DNA of 63,531 bases, counting the filler, from Phoronis australis (taxonomy: Eukaryota; Animalia; Phoronida), in assembly GCA_002633005.1 (NCBI GenBank). It is 10 parts of 10 records of this genome, joined end to end, with 100 filler letters (N's around TTAATTAATTAA, not from the genome) between each part and the next. Parts side by side here need not be neighbours in the genome. Positions count along the whole stretch, not along the records: positions 18,121 to 41,070 come from NMRA01000938.1; positions 41,171 to 44,567 come from NMRA01003043.1; positions 44,668 to 48,387 come from NMRA01002872.1; positions 48,488 to 51,594 come from NMRA01003219.1; 6 more parts are not named here. One strand, 5' to 3'. The number at the start of each line of letters is the position of its first letter. Positions within the stretch are counted from its first letter, which is position 1. This document shows positions 37,997-50,744 of this stretch, piece by piece. The position numbers were made by a program, and so were the translations under genes. The notes under the pieces are model-generated. The model saw only the letters and a program-made list of their open reading frames with translations. It ran no database searches and was not told where the DNA came from.

Positions 37997-39479
37997 TGAA
38001 TAACATTACCAATCAAATGTAGAAGATGTTACATTCAGAAGAAACGATTTGCACTAACTTCCTTAAGTTCAAGATCGTCCCAAATTGTTCACTGGCACTG
38101 ATACTTTGCGACACAGTTGATATCACTGTGAGCCTGTATATCACGTTAATCTATTAAACAGACATTTAAAGCAGTAATGAATAATAAATCACGCATTCTC
38201 ATATGACAACACAGGTTCGAACGTTCCGAGAGGGATTTTGGGTCTCCGTAGAAAGCGACACATACATCTTCGTCCCTGTCACTTTTTGTTTGGTTTCCCA
38301 TACACGTCATCTACAAACCTTATCATCCAGATTGAACCTTGGACTGCCGCTGCGAATACTAAACGTTCTAACGGGAAAGGCCTACACGGAATTGTGAAGC
38401 ACGGGGCTGTAAAAGAAGTATCATTGTTTGATTAATTACCAGCAACTTCTTAATATTCAAATTGGACTTATATCTTCTGTTGAATATCTTGATTAGTGCA
38501 AATGTGCACACCTACTTAAATGTACATAGGTGTCTCTCACAAATGTAAGATTGTAGAGGAAGATATTCCGGAGAGGGTGCACCGGAGTGTGTAAACTTGT
38601 ACAAATATAGTTGCAACCACCTCAGTACGTTCACCTGAATAATTGCCCCCCACGAGCCCAACATCCCTCCACCAACGACCCCCTCTACCCAGCCTATATA
38701 AGCTCTACTCGATATGAACATAGAATAAAAGTGACTTGTAAGATCAAGGAGTCGGGCAATTAAGAGAGTCAATTCGGCAAGTTTGAATAACAAAAACAGA
38801 AAAAAAACAATGCGACCAAACCAAATCAAATCAAAGACATACCAACGTTACAAATGGGCTTGCCGACAAATGTTATCGTCTCGTCTGCTCTTTAGTGAAT
38901 GGAAGATCCAAGCTTGTTGGGAGAGTGCAAGGAACTGACGAATATGTAGTTTCATTAGTGAAAACAGTATAAAAAGACAAACTGTAAACGAAAAGAGTAT
39001 TTCAAAGTTTATTGTAAGCGATTAAACAACAGAAAAGAAATAATAAAAATGTGAAATTATGTCCGTTCACGTTAGCGTACTCTCCCGAACTTTAGTAGAA
39101 CGGGGTCATTGGTAGCCGCTCGTGGAACTATTTCCGTGACATCAATAGCAAGTTCGCAATTTGCTACTTGAGATCATGTTCTTAAGTCGCTTTTTGTTTT
39201 TAATCACCATACTTGAGCCAGAGCAGATTCACGTTTAGGGTAAGCTTTATCAGAAAGTCATTCCCAGACGTAATATGATTATGAAATGTATTATAAGCGC
39301 ACAGATACATCTATTGCCACAGGTCGTGGGGGTTGTTGGTCGTGGGGGTTGTTGGTCGTGGGGCTTTAGGTCGTGGGTCGAGGGAGTCGTGGGGTGTGGG
39401 ATCAACGGGGGTTTAGAGCAATCTGATATTTCTTTTGGCACCAGAGTGGGAACAGCTACAGAAATACAGGTTGAATCAA

Positions 39480-39725
39480 TGTGACCAGCACACCCACTAT
39501 GACGAGTACACCCTCTATGAGCGTTATGCCCAATTTGACGGGTACACCCATTATGACGGATAGAACCACTTGGACGGTTACGCCCACTATGATGGGTACA
39601 GCTTTATCGTCGGACAGAGTACACCTAATATACACATGTATGTGTGTTCATCGGAATGGATTGTCCTACACAGATATACATGTAGGTGATGGACTACTCG
39701 CTGTGGGTACTCCTGTACAGATGTA
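39480..39725. repeat. Degenerate short tandem repeat (acacccactatgacg-like, ~18-bp period)
   Basis: The repeated motif gives rise to the spurious MTSTPT ORF. Confidence 0.6.
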
Positions 39726-39919
39726 GGATGCTATCAATACAAGTGCAATTGAACAAAAAATGGCCAATTCTAGCTTCTTCAGGGTAACACACGCCCGAAT
39801 GGGGCTATTCGGAGAATTCTCCTCGCAGTGTCGCTGAATTGCGCATGCGTTGCTCTCCTTATGTAAACAGATGGTAAAAAGACGGAGTTGTTGTCAAAAT
39901 ACGTCATAGCGCTAAGCCT

Positions 39920-40830
39920 TATTATTGCTATTTTGCCTGGTGCAAGTCTTCGACAGATGGTCACAAATTCCCAAAAGACCTAAGGGTCAACCAACTGTGT
40001 GGATGCGGAATCCCTGTCAGTGTGTGCTCTATGAATTTCCATTGGGAGACTACATGTATCATTACTTGGTAAGTTGTTAGCAACCAGTTTCTATCGACAT
40101 CGTTCGGTGATGTTATCCCCATCAAATAATAACCGGTGGTTTATCGAGTGGAACTAAGTTTCTTTTCGGAAACTCACCCGGGACTCGGATGCCGGGCGGG
40201 CTAGCAGTACGTATTCACATATTCAATTGTCCTGTGTGGGAGTGCGCCCAATATGAGAGGTGTATGGTACGTGACGCTCAGAAGTCGAGGGTGAATTTTC
40301 ACAGCAGTTTCCCTTAAAAAACTATGCTATGTCCAACAAAAATTCTGTAGATGAGCGAGATTCCCTGTTTTATAGCCGACCCCCACCCCCAGGACTACCA
40401 GATTTACTTACCCAATTAACAAGAATGAACATGAATAAGTTATTCAGTAAATATCGTAACATTTCATTTGAATAAAAATTGACAAATAGAATGAATTTTA
40501 CATTTGGAGATCAGAAGCAAATTTTAGGTGTCAAGAAAAATACACTTTGTTAAATCACATTTAGCCTGTTTCACATATTTTAATTCAGATCTTAAATAAG
40601 ATTTGAGTACAAAGATTATTAGTTTCTACAGAAAAAACATGAAGATGAAACATCAAGTATGTTCTGCCTTACAAAAGTAGTTTGGTTTTGTATTTTCTGT
40701 TATAATTTTCTAATATTTTTCTGACTATTCTGTTACAGGTAAGAAAAAACGACTGAAACCAGCCGCCTGACCATCTATTTTACCTTTTGACAAAGTGAAA
40801 AGCAATCCTTCAGCAATAACTTGATAGATT
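39920..40830 (+). pseudogene. Intron-split degenerate THAP domain (transposon-derived)
   Basis: Exon 1 CYFAWC...HKFPKD...VCSMNF ends at gtaagt (~40069). Exon 2 after ttacag (~40739) reads KKKRLKPAA*PSILPF (AVPTIF box). Confidence 0.55.
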
Positions 40831-41170
40831 TGAACCAAATTCAGGAATTCTGCTCTTGATATGCCTGATTATGGACAATGTTGTTTCTTTCAGATGTGCT
40901 CCAGAAATTGTAGATTTTGAAGGCGATTTTGTTTTGAGTATGTACTAAAATTTTTCGAATTTCATTATCGGCCTCAGTGATGTTGGTTTTTTGGCTCTCA
41001 AAGGTAATCAAGTTAAGCAACGTGTGTTTTTGTCTACAAGATTATTATTAGACATGATGAATATGTACTGNNNNNNNNNNNNNNNNNNNNNNNNNNNNNN
41101 NNNNNNNNNNNNNNTTAATTAATTAANNNNNNNNNNNNNNNNNNNNNNNNNNNNNNNNNNNNNNNNNNNN

Positions 41171-41242
41171 GACCCTCAACACCCAGTGCACAACGAGATT
41201 GAAGCATCTATTGTCACCCATCTGGTACAGCATTTCACTCAA
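41171..41242 (+). CDS. DNA2: DNA2 helicase/nuclease, antepenultimate exon (5' truncated by gap): DPQHPVHNEIEASIVTHLVQHFTQ
   Basis: N..EA..V SF1B helicase motif, gtatgt donor, phase 0. Confidence 0.8.
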
Positions 41243-42109
41243 GTATGTGTAATGACAAGTCAAAAAATTGGATAGCACCACTATACTCTGCGAGAGTTTG
41301 TAATGCGGGTCCTCTCATAAAAAAATATGAGCGCTGCCCCAGAAATCACTTTCGCATTATATCCAGGTTCTCATTCCTTGCATACACTCAATGGTAAGAC
41401 CGAGCTCAGAGGAGAAGGAGACACATTTGTGCTGATCCTCTCATGGAAAGGTTATTGAGGATGTTCCATCAACCAAAGACGGTATTACTTTGGGCATAGT
41501 TTGAAGCATCATGGGGAGTTTCAGATCAATGCAGTGTGCACGTGGAAAAATACGTATTTGAGACAACTCCATTCTCAACTGGTGATTTTATTAATAATAC
41601 TTTCCGAACAGACTTTGGAAATACCACTGTGGCTTTCCATAGATGCAAGATTCTTGCCAGAAAGCAAGGTCACACATTGTCAAGAAAAGGCAAAATCGTC
41701 CGGGTGAAGGGCAAGTGCTTTGCGAGTATGCTCGTGTATCCTAGCAAAGTGGCAGCCACTGATGTGATTGGTTTGTGAGATTTAAATGTTTCTGTTCTGC
41801 AGGCAACAATTTCTGGCCACAAATCTTTCGTGAGTGTCTTGGGTCTACGGAACCTGGCCCTTTGTAATTCCTTGTGTCGGTGGGGTTTTTGTCTCGCTCT
41901 TGTGTTCTGCTGTCATACTAATTGCCGTTTTGTAGCAAAATTGTTTCCACGTTCGTCATTCTAATGCTAATCAAGTTTCACTGCACTGTCATTTGCAACG
42001 CTGACACCAAGAAATTTTACTAGATGAGCAGGAACAAATTTGTTTCTTCTCAATATGTCCAACTCGGCTCAGAAATGTGTTAGGGGCCTAATGTTTTGAA
42101 AGAGAGGGG

Positions 42110-42267
42110 GCTAGACCCTTGAGTCAGGTTTCTAGTTCTGCAGTTCAGTTTTAACTATATATTAATAAAGCACAAAAATGGTTCCAGGTGATCAGTGCAA
42201 TAGGCCCACATGCGTGGTCTGTGCACGTCTGGTACAATGTGTACCAGGCTGCCTACAGTTAAAAAAA
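42110..42267 (+). mobile_element. 5'-truncated copy of the tRNA-derived SINE
   Basis: Matches the body and tail of 23562-23784 (cccttgag.caggtttctag...atcagtgcaat.ggcccacatgcg). Confidence 0.75.
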
Positions 42268-42511
42268 CATTTTGAAAACAAGGTCCACTGTGGTGTGGTT
42301 TTCTGCCTTTTTGAAATTAGCACATAGCTATTGAATATTCTCTGTTGTGGTCATTTTAGATTAAAAGTGAATAGAAGAATTGAAATTCTCGTATTAAATA
42401 TCGCGATGTATTGAAACAATCTGATTCAGGAGCAATTGGTTAATTTTCGTGGTGTGTGCGTGTTCGAGTCATTGTCTACCAATTAAGTTATAATATGGAC
42501 ACCTATTACAG

Positions 42512-42700
42512 GCTGGAGTAGCTAAAGAGGACTTAGGGGTCATATCACCCTACAGAAATCAAGTGAAGGTCATCAAACACAAGCTAGCCTGCTGCCACCT
42601 GGAGGAGATTGAGGTGAACACTGTGGATACATATCAGGGAAGAGACAAGTCAGTGATAATTATGTCATTTGTACGCACTGCAACAAATAAAGAAATTAAG
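42512..42700 (+). CDS. DNA2: DNA2 penultimate exon: AGVAKEDLGVISPYRNQVKVIKHKLACCHLEEIEVNTVDTYQGRDKSVIIMSFVRTATNKEIK
   Basis: GVISPYR.Q and EVNTVD.YQGRDKS motifs typical of DNA2. 189 bp, phase 0-0. Confidence 0.95.
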
Positions 42701-43841
42701 GTAAGGCATCATGTAATGTTAAAGATGCTGTCTCATTAAATTTTGAATATGCAAATGAAATACTTGTTTACAAACAACCCCGGGTCTTCTGGTATGCTGG
42801 AAACCATCTGAGAACCAGTTACCATTACAATCTCGTGAAAGACTCGTTTTGCGAGACTATTTTTATGTAAATGAGTATGGTAATATGTCATCATTACCTT
42901 AATAAAACAAGGCACTGTTTTTATTATTTGTTCATTTCACTTTTAAATAAGGATTGCATAATACTTGGAGTTCCTATGGTTTTCTATATGTCTACACTTG
43001 TTTTTAAGTGTATCAGATGTGGTGTTTTCTTTAAAGCCACATTCTATTTACAAATAATTTGTTTCCTTTCCTGATTATACTTGTACACACAGTTCTCCAG
43101 TAGTCACAAGGTGGCGCTTGCTACAAATATAAATATCCACAGTTTTAATGAGACATAACATCTTTAACTCTTTTTTATTTTGGAATCTTTTTGAGTGACT
43201 CATGTTGTAAGCAATAAATGAAGTTTGGGGTGTGCGAGCAGTCAACAGGCCTCCCAATAATTTGTTTTGAGGAATGTTGGGAGGTCTGCGATCAGTGAAC
43301 CGTAAAATCAACAAAGCAATCTTGCCTCTAAAATGGGCTCCGTCCCCAAACACTTATCAAAACAAAAAGGTTTTTGTAAGGTGCCGCTACACATGGCTTG
43401 AAATTGTTTTCTTGTCTGATGTAATTTATGTTTCATTCTTCATTCTTAACCAGTGTGTTTGTGGTTCAAGTTGCCCCACATCATTGTGACGTGGAGCCAT
43501 CTAGTGTCAATCATGTGGCAGAATTTTGTTTTGGTTTCTGAACTTGTTGAACAATTCTGAAAATTCATGGACATTAATTTTATAATTATGAAACAAGTAT
43601 ATCAGTCAGTGGATAGGATTATAGTAACAGGTCACTGTTTAAAGTTCATGACCCATTGATCACATAGGAAGTCTGCAGTGCAAGGCTATCCATAAGATAT
43701 TTTCTTTCTGATGAAAGGTTTTTACTCACATACATGATGTAGAATTGGGAGGCGATAGAAACTTGATTGTTATGTAATAAGCCACATGTCAGAAAGAGTT
43801 TCATCTCTACTTTAATTAGTGCCATTTCTCATTGGTTCTAG

Positions 43842-44021
43842 TCGAGCGAAATCCTTCAAGACTGGCGCCGTCTCAACGTTGCTGTGACACGAGCCAAGCA
43901 CAAATTGATACTTGTTGGTAACACATTGGCTTTGAGTCGGTACAGACCCCTGGAAAGACTCATTCAGGTCCTGAGAGATCACCAAATTCTTTCTATTCCG
44001 GAGACACTGTGGCAAATGTAA
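43842..44021 (+). CDS. DNA2: DNA2 terminal exon: SSEILQDWRRLNVAVTRAKHKLILVGNTLALSRYRPLERLIQVLRDHQILSIPETLWQM*
   Basis: DWRRLNVA.TRAKHKLIL.G is the DNA2 helicase motif VI. Confidence 0.95.
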   Translation, partial: SSEILQDWRRLNVAVTRAKHKLILVGNTLALSRYRPLERLIQVLRDHQILSIPETLWQM

Positions 44022-46129
44022 ACCGGTTTTTAGTGATGCATCCAAAATACAATGGACTTTAGTATTCAATCCTGGTGAATAACTGGATGGAAAAAATTAT
44101 AAATCACAACTTCTGGAACTTAGTACAAATTAATTTTCTGGACGTTTAAGATCGAGCTGTTTCTTTCTATTGGGGATTGATGATTTACTGGCACCCGCAA
44201 AAATTCCATCGCCCTCTTTTGGTGTAAATAGACATTACTGTAAAACACTTGTTCTTTACAAAAAGAACCAGCCGGGCAGTTTATAAATCTAGTCCATTGA
44301 GATATCTAAAACTATAAACTGAATGACCTTCCAATTTGGACGCCTATCATTACAAAATTTGTCCTAATAATTATGGCAGATGGCCGAAATTTCTCCTACT
44401 CCATCACTCTGTTGTGATTTTTTTCTTTGGACGATTCCATAGGTAACATTTGTTGTTTGACCACCATGAAATTTATACTCAATATACCTCGTTAAAATCT
44501 CAAGGCATAATGTTTTGAGGCAAAAATATATCACAGTCAAATAGTTTGAGGCCCATTCTTTTGGGGCNNNNNNNNNNNNNNNNNNNNNNNNNNNNNNNNN
44601 NNNNNNNNNNNTTAATTAATTAANNNNNNNNNNNNNNNNNNNNNNNNNNNNNNNNNNNNNNNNNNNNGTTGCGCCACTGTGTGACGGTACAAGTTTTAAA
44701 CGTGTTTAAGCAGCCGCGAAATTTTTGTTTCACACATTCATTCCCAGCATGCCAAAAAATTCTACAGCCTAAGACATTCTGATAATAAAAACAAGCAAAC
44801 CGACCATTGTGCACCACTCACTAAATTGTCAATTAGTTTTCGACAACGTGTGGAAAATTTAACCATCTATATCTAAATATATAAAACTGCCTATTCATTC
44901 CAAAATATATTTCTCTAAGGTATAGTACTGTTTCGAAACATTCGCAAAACCATAAATAGATAGTCAGGTACCCTCTGTCAAAATTAAACTTGTTAATAAA
45001 TATATCTCGTTGATTACAAAATGGCTAATGGCAGCGGAATAAATTGTTTTTAAAGCTCTCAATGCTGAAGCAAACAATTCACCACTAAATAGTTTGCCTA
45101 CATTTGAAGTGAATTCAAGTTTTAAACAACATTAAAGAAAAAATATATAGGTTGAATGCAGAAACAGTAATCTGTGATCTAAATTCCATTATAACTGAGT
45201 GGCACGAGACGTAACTCTGGGAATTACACCCTGTACTGTATTTTACTTACATTTTAGGTGACCGGCGCATCCTTTTGCGAGGTGAAAGTGGCTTCTTTAA
45301 TGGTTTAGCACTGAACAAATCTCATCGTTTGTTCTTAACTATACAGTCGTCCTCCATTTTCTACTTTGTCTCAACAAGAGTGACGTCATTTGCCCAACAA
45401 TTAAGTAGGCAAACTACAGCTAGAACAGGGTTTTGGCTGCCGACACACACCCAAGTGGAGACTAGTCCTTATCTCACGTCCTTATCAAGAGCCTGAACAA
45501 AACAAAAGATTTTTTGGCGTTCCCAACTCAACAGCACTACTCATGGTAACTGAAACTTAATTCTGCTACAGATTTTTAATCGGCTATTTAACATCAGGGA
45601 AAAATACCGGCACACAAAAATAGGACCAAAAATACCACATTTGACCGTTTTCTCCCCAAATTTACTACTTCTCTGCAAGTGCTAGAAAAAATCTAACAAC
45701 AGATTCAGCATTTTCGTTCTCTCTAGATTCTAAAAATGTGGTCATAGTACCCCCCTTACCAGCTACTTTTTTCTCAATTTGGATCTGTCTAACAACCATC
45801 TGAAATCGCACCCATTTTCTTAGTAACCAGGCGACAGGAACGGTTGGAAGTAAGCGACAGCCACCATTTTGCAGGAAAAGTGGGTCACGGCTAAAAAACT
45901 TGGCTTTCTCATTCAAGCAAATCCCTTTCCTAGCAATTTTTTTAAACAAATTCCTCAACCTCCCGCCAAACTTGACACACGCCCTGTATTTAAATTTTAG
46001 AAACCCTGTTCACTGCCACCTTTAAGTAAACAGCTTCCTTTGTTCGCCCCCTGGCGGCTTGTTTGATGAAAGCAAGTGACATCAGTCTCCGGGATTTTCA
46101 AAAGAGCCCCACCATAATTGCGAATTTTA

Positions 46130-48335
46130 TGTTAATTTGTGATCCATAACTGATTTATTGAGAGCTATAAAATACATGTCTACAAGCTACACACTATGAA
46201 ACGTGGAGGGAAGAGAAAAGACACTGTGCATGCTCAGCAGTGATATATGAGTCTGTAATGATAAATAGCGTCTGGTCATGGGAGCGATTCTAATCAACAC
46301 CCCCCTTGGATCGCGACTACGGCTCTCAAATGTCCATCTTTCGAGAGCGGTTTCTTAAAAATATCAGCCAAATTGTCTTTGGTGTTCACATACTGAAACG
46401 TCACACAATCGTTGCTCCGTATGTAATGGTAACGCACGTCAATGTGTTTTGTGCGTTGATGTTGTTTCGGTGACTCCTTGCTGCCTAGAGGGCGATAGTC
46501 CCTTGATTATCACAGTGAATAACCGTAGTGTCCGGTTGAGGTATTCCGAAAGCAAAACACAAACATCGTAAATACATCAATTCCTTCGTGGCTTCAGTGA
46601 GTGCCATGTACTCGGCTTCGCACGATGACAATGCAACTGTTGGCTGTTTTCGAGTTTTCCAGGAGATTGGCGCACTTCCGAGCGTGAAGATAAAACCGGA
46701 AGTAGATCGACGATCGTCGACGTCTCCTGCCCAGTCCGAGTCGGAGTATCCCGTTAACAGTCTATCCGTTGTTCTGAAAGTAAGTGCGAACGTTTTGGTC
46801 CCTTTCAGGTATCGCAATACGCGCTTTATAGCGGTCACGTGTGCCGGTCCAGTTTTGTAGAGGAACTGTGACAATTTTGACAATGTCCAAGAGATGTCCG
46901 GGCTTGTGGCATTCACGAGATAAACTTCCCACGGCTTGACGGTAGGGAAATCCTAGTTTGAGAAACTGAGCGTGTTCCTCGTCTGACGATTTGGCAAGTA
47001 TCGCAACACTGTCTGCAGGTGTCAGTGCAGGCTTGCACTCGTACATAGCAAAACATTTGAGTATCGTCTCAACACAACGTTCTTGACTCATCATGTATGA
47101 GCCGTCGGGTAAGCGATAGAAATCTATTCCCAAGAACCAGTGTAGGGGTCCACGGTCGTCCATTCGGAAGCGTTCGCTTAGTTGTTCCTTCATATGCTTA
47201 ATGCATTCAGTGTTGCCACTTGCCAAAATTATGTCATCGACCCAAAACAAAACAAACATGTTTGCGTCGTCGTTAACGTAGACGCACGGGTCGTTATCGC
47301 TCACACGAAATCCCGCGTGCTCGAGGAAATCAGTGAGGGTCGTGTGCCAGTTGCGTCCGTTCTGACGTAATCCGTAGAGTGATTTCTTCAAGTAACATGT
47401 GAGTTTGCCGTTCGTGCCAGATTGTTCGTATCCGGGCGGCTGTTCAACGTAGATGTCTTTATCAATGAGTGCATTTAGATACGCGCCCTTGACATCCATC
47501 TGGTGTAGCTCCAACTGTTCGTTGGCGGCTTTTTGCAGTAGCATGCTGATTGACGTGAGACGTGTCGTGGGTGAGAACGTCTCGTCGAAGTCAACCCCAG
47601 GGATTTGTGAGTATCCCTTCCGGCGACGTAACGCGCTTTATATTGCACTTCATTTGGGGTCCGTCCCTGTTTTAGGGTGTAAACCTATCTACCTTTTGTT
47701 TCAGCTCTACCTTCCGGCAGGTTAACAAGGTCATATGTGCTGTTTTCTTGTAAAGTTTCAATTTCAATGTCCATAGCCGTTTTCCATTTATCGCTATCAT
47801 GTGAGTTAATAGCTTCTGCATATGTCTCCGGTATCATATATGTATCGCCCTGTACGCATAGTCCACAGTTGCAGACATATACACATGATAATCGTCCAAA
47901 TATTTGGGCGTTCTGGTTTCTCGGCGTGGTCGCTCATGGGCAGTTGGCTCCTCCTCCTTGACATCTGGTGTCTGAGTTTGTCCCTCGTCGTGCCGGCTGC
48001 CAGTCTGTTCTGATGTACCGGGTTTTATCAGCTTGATGGCCGGGCGTGTCATCTCCGTCTGGTTCGGCGTCACGTGTCGTTTGCTTGCCAAACAAGACAT
48101 TTCGCGAGGTCATTACCCTTCCATTCCTGCAGAGAACGAAGTAGCCTTTATTAATTGGGTTGATAACAAGGTATAAATTCCGGGTTCCCCGCGGTTGTCG
48201 AATTTCTGCTTGTGACCCTCGATGTATGCAGTGCACTGTGTTCCGAATGCATGTATGAGTCGCATGTAGGGTTTTTGATCACAGAACAGTTCGTAAGCTG
48301 TTGTTACTTGGCGGAATTCTTCGAATTCCGACAAG
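46130..48335 (-). mobile_element. Decayed Ty1/Copia retrotransposon (RT, RNase H, PPT, 170-bp 3' LTR at 46130-46299)
   Basis: HQMDVKGAYLN, LKKSLYGLRQ, FWVDDII, GYSDSDWAGDVDDRRSTSG, SSCEAEY, with several frameshifts. PPT AAGGGGGG, then TGTTGATT...AATTAACA. Confidence 0.95.
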
Positions 48336-48866
48336 TATGTTGCTCTGTCGTCAAGTTTTTTTACTTGGCGAAATAAATTTCGCCAAGNNNNNNNNNNNNN
48401 NNNNNNNNNNNNNNNNNNNNNNNNNNNNNNNTTAATTAATTAANNNNNNNNNNNNNNNNNNNNNNNNNNNNNNNNNNNNNNNNNNNNCATTTTGTTGGCA
48501 AAACTTGTTACAGATGGCGGGAAAATTGGTTGGTTTTCCTTAGTTTGACTATTTTGAGAGTGTTTTATGGTGACGTGTTGCATCACTACAATTTCAGCCG
48601 TCATAAGTATAACATATCAGTAAAGCTCAAAACTGGTGGACACTTGCTGGCCATCTCGAATAATTTACTTTCACACCTGTGATTTTGTCAGACTTTCTGC
48701 TTATGTGTGGGATGTCTTAAGAAACCATTGTTGAGTAGTAAACGAGAATCTTACGTTTTTAAAGAGCTCAAACCATGAATTTTCTTAGTTTTTGAGGTTT
48801 CAGTTAGCTAATATGAAATGAATACCATTAAAACCTTGCTAAATAAACACTTTTTATACCAAATAG

Positions 48867-49195
48867 TCGCGAATGTTGAAGAAAATATAGTTATTTCTAA
48901 GTCTCCCGCCAAATGGTGTAATGGGTGGAAGACGTTCGGTCACTTGACCATCAATTGCAATGGCATGACACAGCAGATCAGAATACGACGACGATTTTGA
49001 GCAAGAACTGGACGATTATCATGCAGACAAAGAGGAGAGAGTATATGGGCATCGCACTCAAGTACTTGAAGAATCAGACAATAAATTCGATTTCCCACTT
49101 AGCGAACTTTCGGATTTGAGGCCGTAATGAACTCGACCTTCCTGCACGAGAAATGCTGCAGACATATGTGTGCGACAACAAACTGAACCAAGGGG
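48867..49195 (+). pseudogene. Possible decayed death-fold-domain exon
   Basis: Joining frames gives WKTFGH...ELDDYHADKEERVY..ALKYLKNQT..SISHLA...GRNEL, a death-domain-like pattern. Contains frameshifts and a stop. Confidence 0.3.
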
Positions 49196-50053
49196 TAGTC
49201 AGTGTTCACAAAATAGACACTTAATAATCACTGGCAAAGGCTACAGTAAACCTGGGTCACTCGTATTCACTATTGCCATGATGGAATTACAACTGTACAT
49301 GTAGCACGGTCTAAACACAATGAATAAGCCTACAGGTACATGTACGTGTCGTGGCACTCGATCTGGACAGGGATCGGGGGCCTGGCATCACTCGCCCTAC
49401 AATAGATGTAATTTGTTCATTGTTTAAAAAATTATACACTTACAATCTGGCGAGTCCTTCAAACTAACGCTGTCTTAGTGTTTGCTGGAATCATGATTTT
49501 TGAAATGTGCCGAACTAATTGTGGCTTCCGACCGAATCGCGTGTTCACATTGTTCTACACTCTCATGCGGCGCACAAACAGTTGCCATTCCTGTACAACT
49601 TATTTAGTAATTTTGAACACATTGACATTCTCATTCAAGTTGCTGTGATTACAGTCTCTACAAACGCACCTTTATTTTCTATGCTTAAAAAATGCGGCTC
49701 TCCGCGGACTTTCCTCACCCTCCTAAGTATTGCACTGGTAAAAAAAAAACAACGGCAGAGTCTTTCACCCATTACATACCACCCCGATAACAGAATATTA
49801 TTTTTTAAATTTGTTGGCTTCTTTCTTAGCAACAGGTATAGTAAAAGCTATTAAACCTCTTATGATGGATTAATTAAACTATTTTTGAAACACAGAGTCT
49901 TGGTGGGAACTCTTTAAATGAAGTCCTCTGAAACCATTTAACTGCAACTCGAAATTGATTAACTTTGTCTTTGACCTTGGGTTTGTATTACTGAAATACA
50001 GAGATTGGGCAACCTCCCGCAGTGTGCCGAGTACTTGTGATTTTTTGTTGCAG

Positions 50054-50157
50054 TATATGACCCTCAAGAGCAAGTACTGCTGCCCCAGTGGTGGTGTTGG
50101 TCCCACTGGAACTCCGTCAGGTGGCGGTTTGAGCGTAGGCACTGTTCTTCTAATAAT
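50054..50157 (+). CDS. CD-mannose-6-phosphate receptor/ATG27-like protein exon: YMTLKSKYCCPSGGVGPTGTPSGGGLSVGTVLLI
   Basis: L.SKY.CP (MRH domain end) plus GLSVG..LLI TM start, ttgcag and gtaagt sites. Confidence 0.85.
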
Positions 50158-50273
50158 GTAAGTATAACAGTATGAAAGTGCTACTTCGAAAAGCAAATCG
50201 AGTGTCACTTTTCCAGAAATTCTCTCGATGGGAGTCTAACAATGGAGAGACGTAATCGATACCCCGGCCATAT

Positions 50274-50506
50274 CAGAGGCGGATCTACGGGGGTTTCAGG
50301 GGGGTTCAAACACCCCCTCAGGACAGAATCAAAAAGACATATTAAAAGAATGCCGCCAGGAAAACGAAATCAGCTACTAAAAACCAAAAAACATTACACG
50401 GGAAGGGGAAACCCCTGCCCGACCTTCCCTCCGCTCGGCGCCACGCTCCTCGGATTCGCCCGAATCCTAACCACCCTCTTACTGAAAACTTAGATCTGCC
50501 AATATG
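50274..50506. mobile_element. hAT-type MITE in intron
   Basis: CAGAGGCGGATCTA...TAGATCTGCC ends, same terminal style as 26570-26728. Confidence 0.55.
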
Positions 50507-50617
50507 ATATTCATCTACAGCAGTAATTCAAAAGTAGCTGAGTTGGGTGCATGGCCACCCGAAGTCGCCTGGATACCTGCTTACGTCTGTTTGGTCACAC
50601 GGCTTCTGTATTTACAG

Positions 50618-50744
50618 ATTTCTCTCCTTGCTTTTTGTTTACCTGATCGCTGGCGTCATATTTATGAAATTCGTGAGGAATGCTCAAGGAAGAGAAATGA
50701 TTCCAAATGAACCATTCTGGTCATCACTCCCTGGATTAATAAGA
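50618..50744 (+). CDS. CD-M6PR/ATG27-like exon: FLSLLFVYLIAGVIFMKFVRNAQGREMIPNEPFWSSLPGLIR
   Basis: TM plus A.G.E.IPN..FW..LP.L cytoplasmic signature. Phase 2-0 matches the previous exon. Confidence 0.9.

Noticed and set aside
38200-38380. Minus-strand frame ending in CaaX-like RTCVVI* and a nearby RFVDDV RT-like motif
   Set aside because: In-frame stops, no supporting domain and no compatible acceptor.
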